Below are positions 63,207 through 64,000 of a stretch of 64,000 nucleotides of DNA, in pieces. The DNA lies in assembly GCA_047285535.1 (NCBI GenBank), contig JBJBDC010000001.1, positions 576,136 through 640,135 on the forward strand. Reading direction: 5' to 3'. The notes beneath the pieces were generated by a model that worked only from the letters and a program-made list of their open reading frames with translations, was not told where the DNA came from and searched no databases. Each line of letters begins with the position of its first letter. The first letter of the stretch is position 1. The position numbers were made by a program, and so were the translations under genes. The DNA is from Synechococcus sp. (GTDB lineage: Bacteria; Cyanobacteriota; Cyanobacteriia; PCC-6307; Cyanobiaceae).

Positions 63207-63252
63207 AGTGGCTTGAATGAGAATGTAGCAGGGCGTTTCCTTAGGGACTGAG

Positions 63253-63621
63253 ATGAGACCCAAACACACAGTCACAATCCACTGGCCACAGGCGGGGCGG
63301 ACAATCTCGCATGAAGTACCAGAGGGTGAATACATCTTGAAGAGCTTTGAACAGCAAGGAGACATCCTTCCCTTTTCCTGCCGTAACGGCTGCTGTACGA
63401 CTTGTGCTGTGCGGGTGCGGAGTGGATGCTTGGATCAAAGTGAGGCGATGGGCCTTTCCAAAGAGCTCAGGAAACAGGGCTATGGACTTCTTTGCGTGGC
63501 CAAAGCGTTTGGCCCAGTGGAAGCGGTCACTCAAGATGAAGATGAGGTCTACGAACTTCAGTTCGGACGTCATTTTGGTCTTGGCCAGGTCCGGCCTGGT
63601 CTTCCTTTAGAGGATGAATGA
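63253..63621 (+). CDS. 2Fe-2S ferredoxin
   Basis: LPFSCRNGCCTTCA...LLCVA; DEDEVYELQFG tail. Confidence 0.93.
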   Translation: MRPKHTVTIHWPQAGRTISHEVPEGEYILKSFEQQGDILPFSCRNGCCTTCAVRVRSGCLDQSEAMGLSKELRKQGYGLLCVAKAFGPVEAVTQDEDEVYELQFGRHFGLGQVRPGLPLEDE

Positions 63622-64000
63622 TGCAAACAGTGCTTGATTGCTTACAAACCGCTCGAAACGCTGAACTCGACACCAGCACCCAAAACAACCTGGCAGAGAT
63701 CGCTCGTGCTGCCTCAAACAGAGGTGGAGCAGTCCTCATGAATCACTATGGACGACTCAGCCGTATCGAAAACAAGGGACGTGTTGGTGATTTAGTCACT
63801 AACGCTGATGTTGCTGCTGAGCAAGTTGTTCTTGAATTTCTACGGGAGCAGACTCCTCACATCGGGATCCTTGCCGAGGAATCTGGATCGAGTGGAGTTC
63901 CAGGTCAGCTTTGTTGGTGTGTTGATCCTCTCGACGGAACAACAAATTTTGCCCACGGCTATCCCTTTTTTGCCACGTCAGTAGGGTTGGTTTGGAACGG
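63618..64000 (+). CDS. inositol monophosphatase family protein (partial, runs off the window end)
   Basis: Manual translation: DLVTNADVAAE..ILAEES..WCVDPLDGTTNFAHGYPFFATSVG; ATGA overlap with the ferredoxin stop. Confidence 0.93.
   Translation, partial: MMQTVLDCLQTARNAELDTSTQNNLAEIARAASNRGGAVLMNHYGRLSRIENKGRVGDLVTNADVAAEQVVLEFLREQTPHIGILAEESGSSGVPGQLCWCVDPLDGTTNFAHGYPFFATSVGLVWN

Noticed and set aside
63001..63365. Minus-strand ORFs 63001-63192 and 63093-63365
   Set aside because: They overlap tRNA-Ser, its terminator and the ferredoxin gene; spurious

Overview
Chromosomal segment of a marine picocyanobacterium. Gene content and order (apcD, coaD-cdv3, dapF/hfq/leuS, dnaK-dnaJ-DUF3110-murQ, pstCAB-tRNA-Ser-ferredoxin-IMPase) point to marine Synechococcus; background GC is roughly 50% by eye. 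It is mostly core genes: metG (partial), RNase II, rpsR, rpmG, pheT, rlmD, apcD, a group-3 sigma factor, metH, ilvE, cobN, hemJ, a (6-4) photolyase-like gene, uvrC, coaD, cdv3, dacB, cysteine desulfurase, dapF, hfq, leuS, pgi, purN, argC, ribBA, mtnP, murQ, dnaJ/dnaK and pstCAB. Departures from the ordinary: (1) a ~3.3 kb decayed integrative element between dapF and hfq, bounded by paired CTAGGCCCA motifs, carrying a pseudogenised tyrosine integrase and one intact AT-rich cargo gene for a secreted PPVYQ-repeat proline-rich protein; (2) a high-GC patch over most of metH and its two downstream neighbours; (3) an AT-rich pstCAB block followed by a heptamer tandem repeat next to tRNA-Ser; (4) a module of sigma factor, small helical protein, DUF3370-like secreted protein and a putative ribbon-helix-helix/J-domain fusion, beside a palindrome-rich 600-bp intergenic region. 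All calls are from motif recognition and recalled synteny. No database searches were run, and GC figures are hand counts of individual 60-nt lines.
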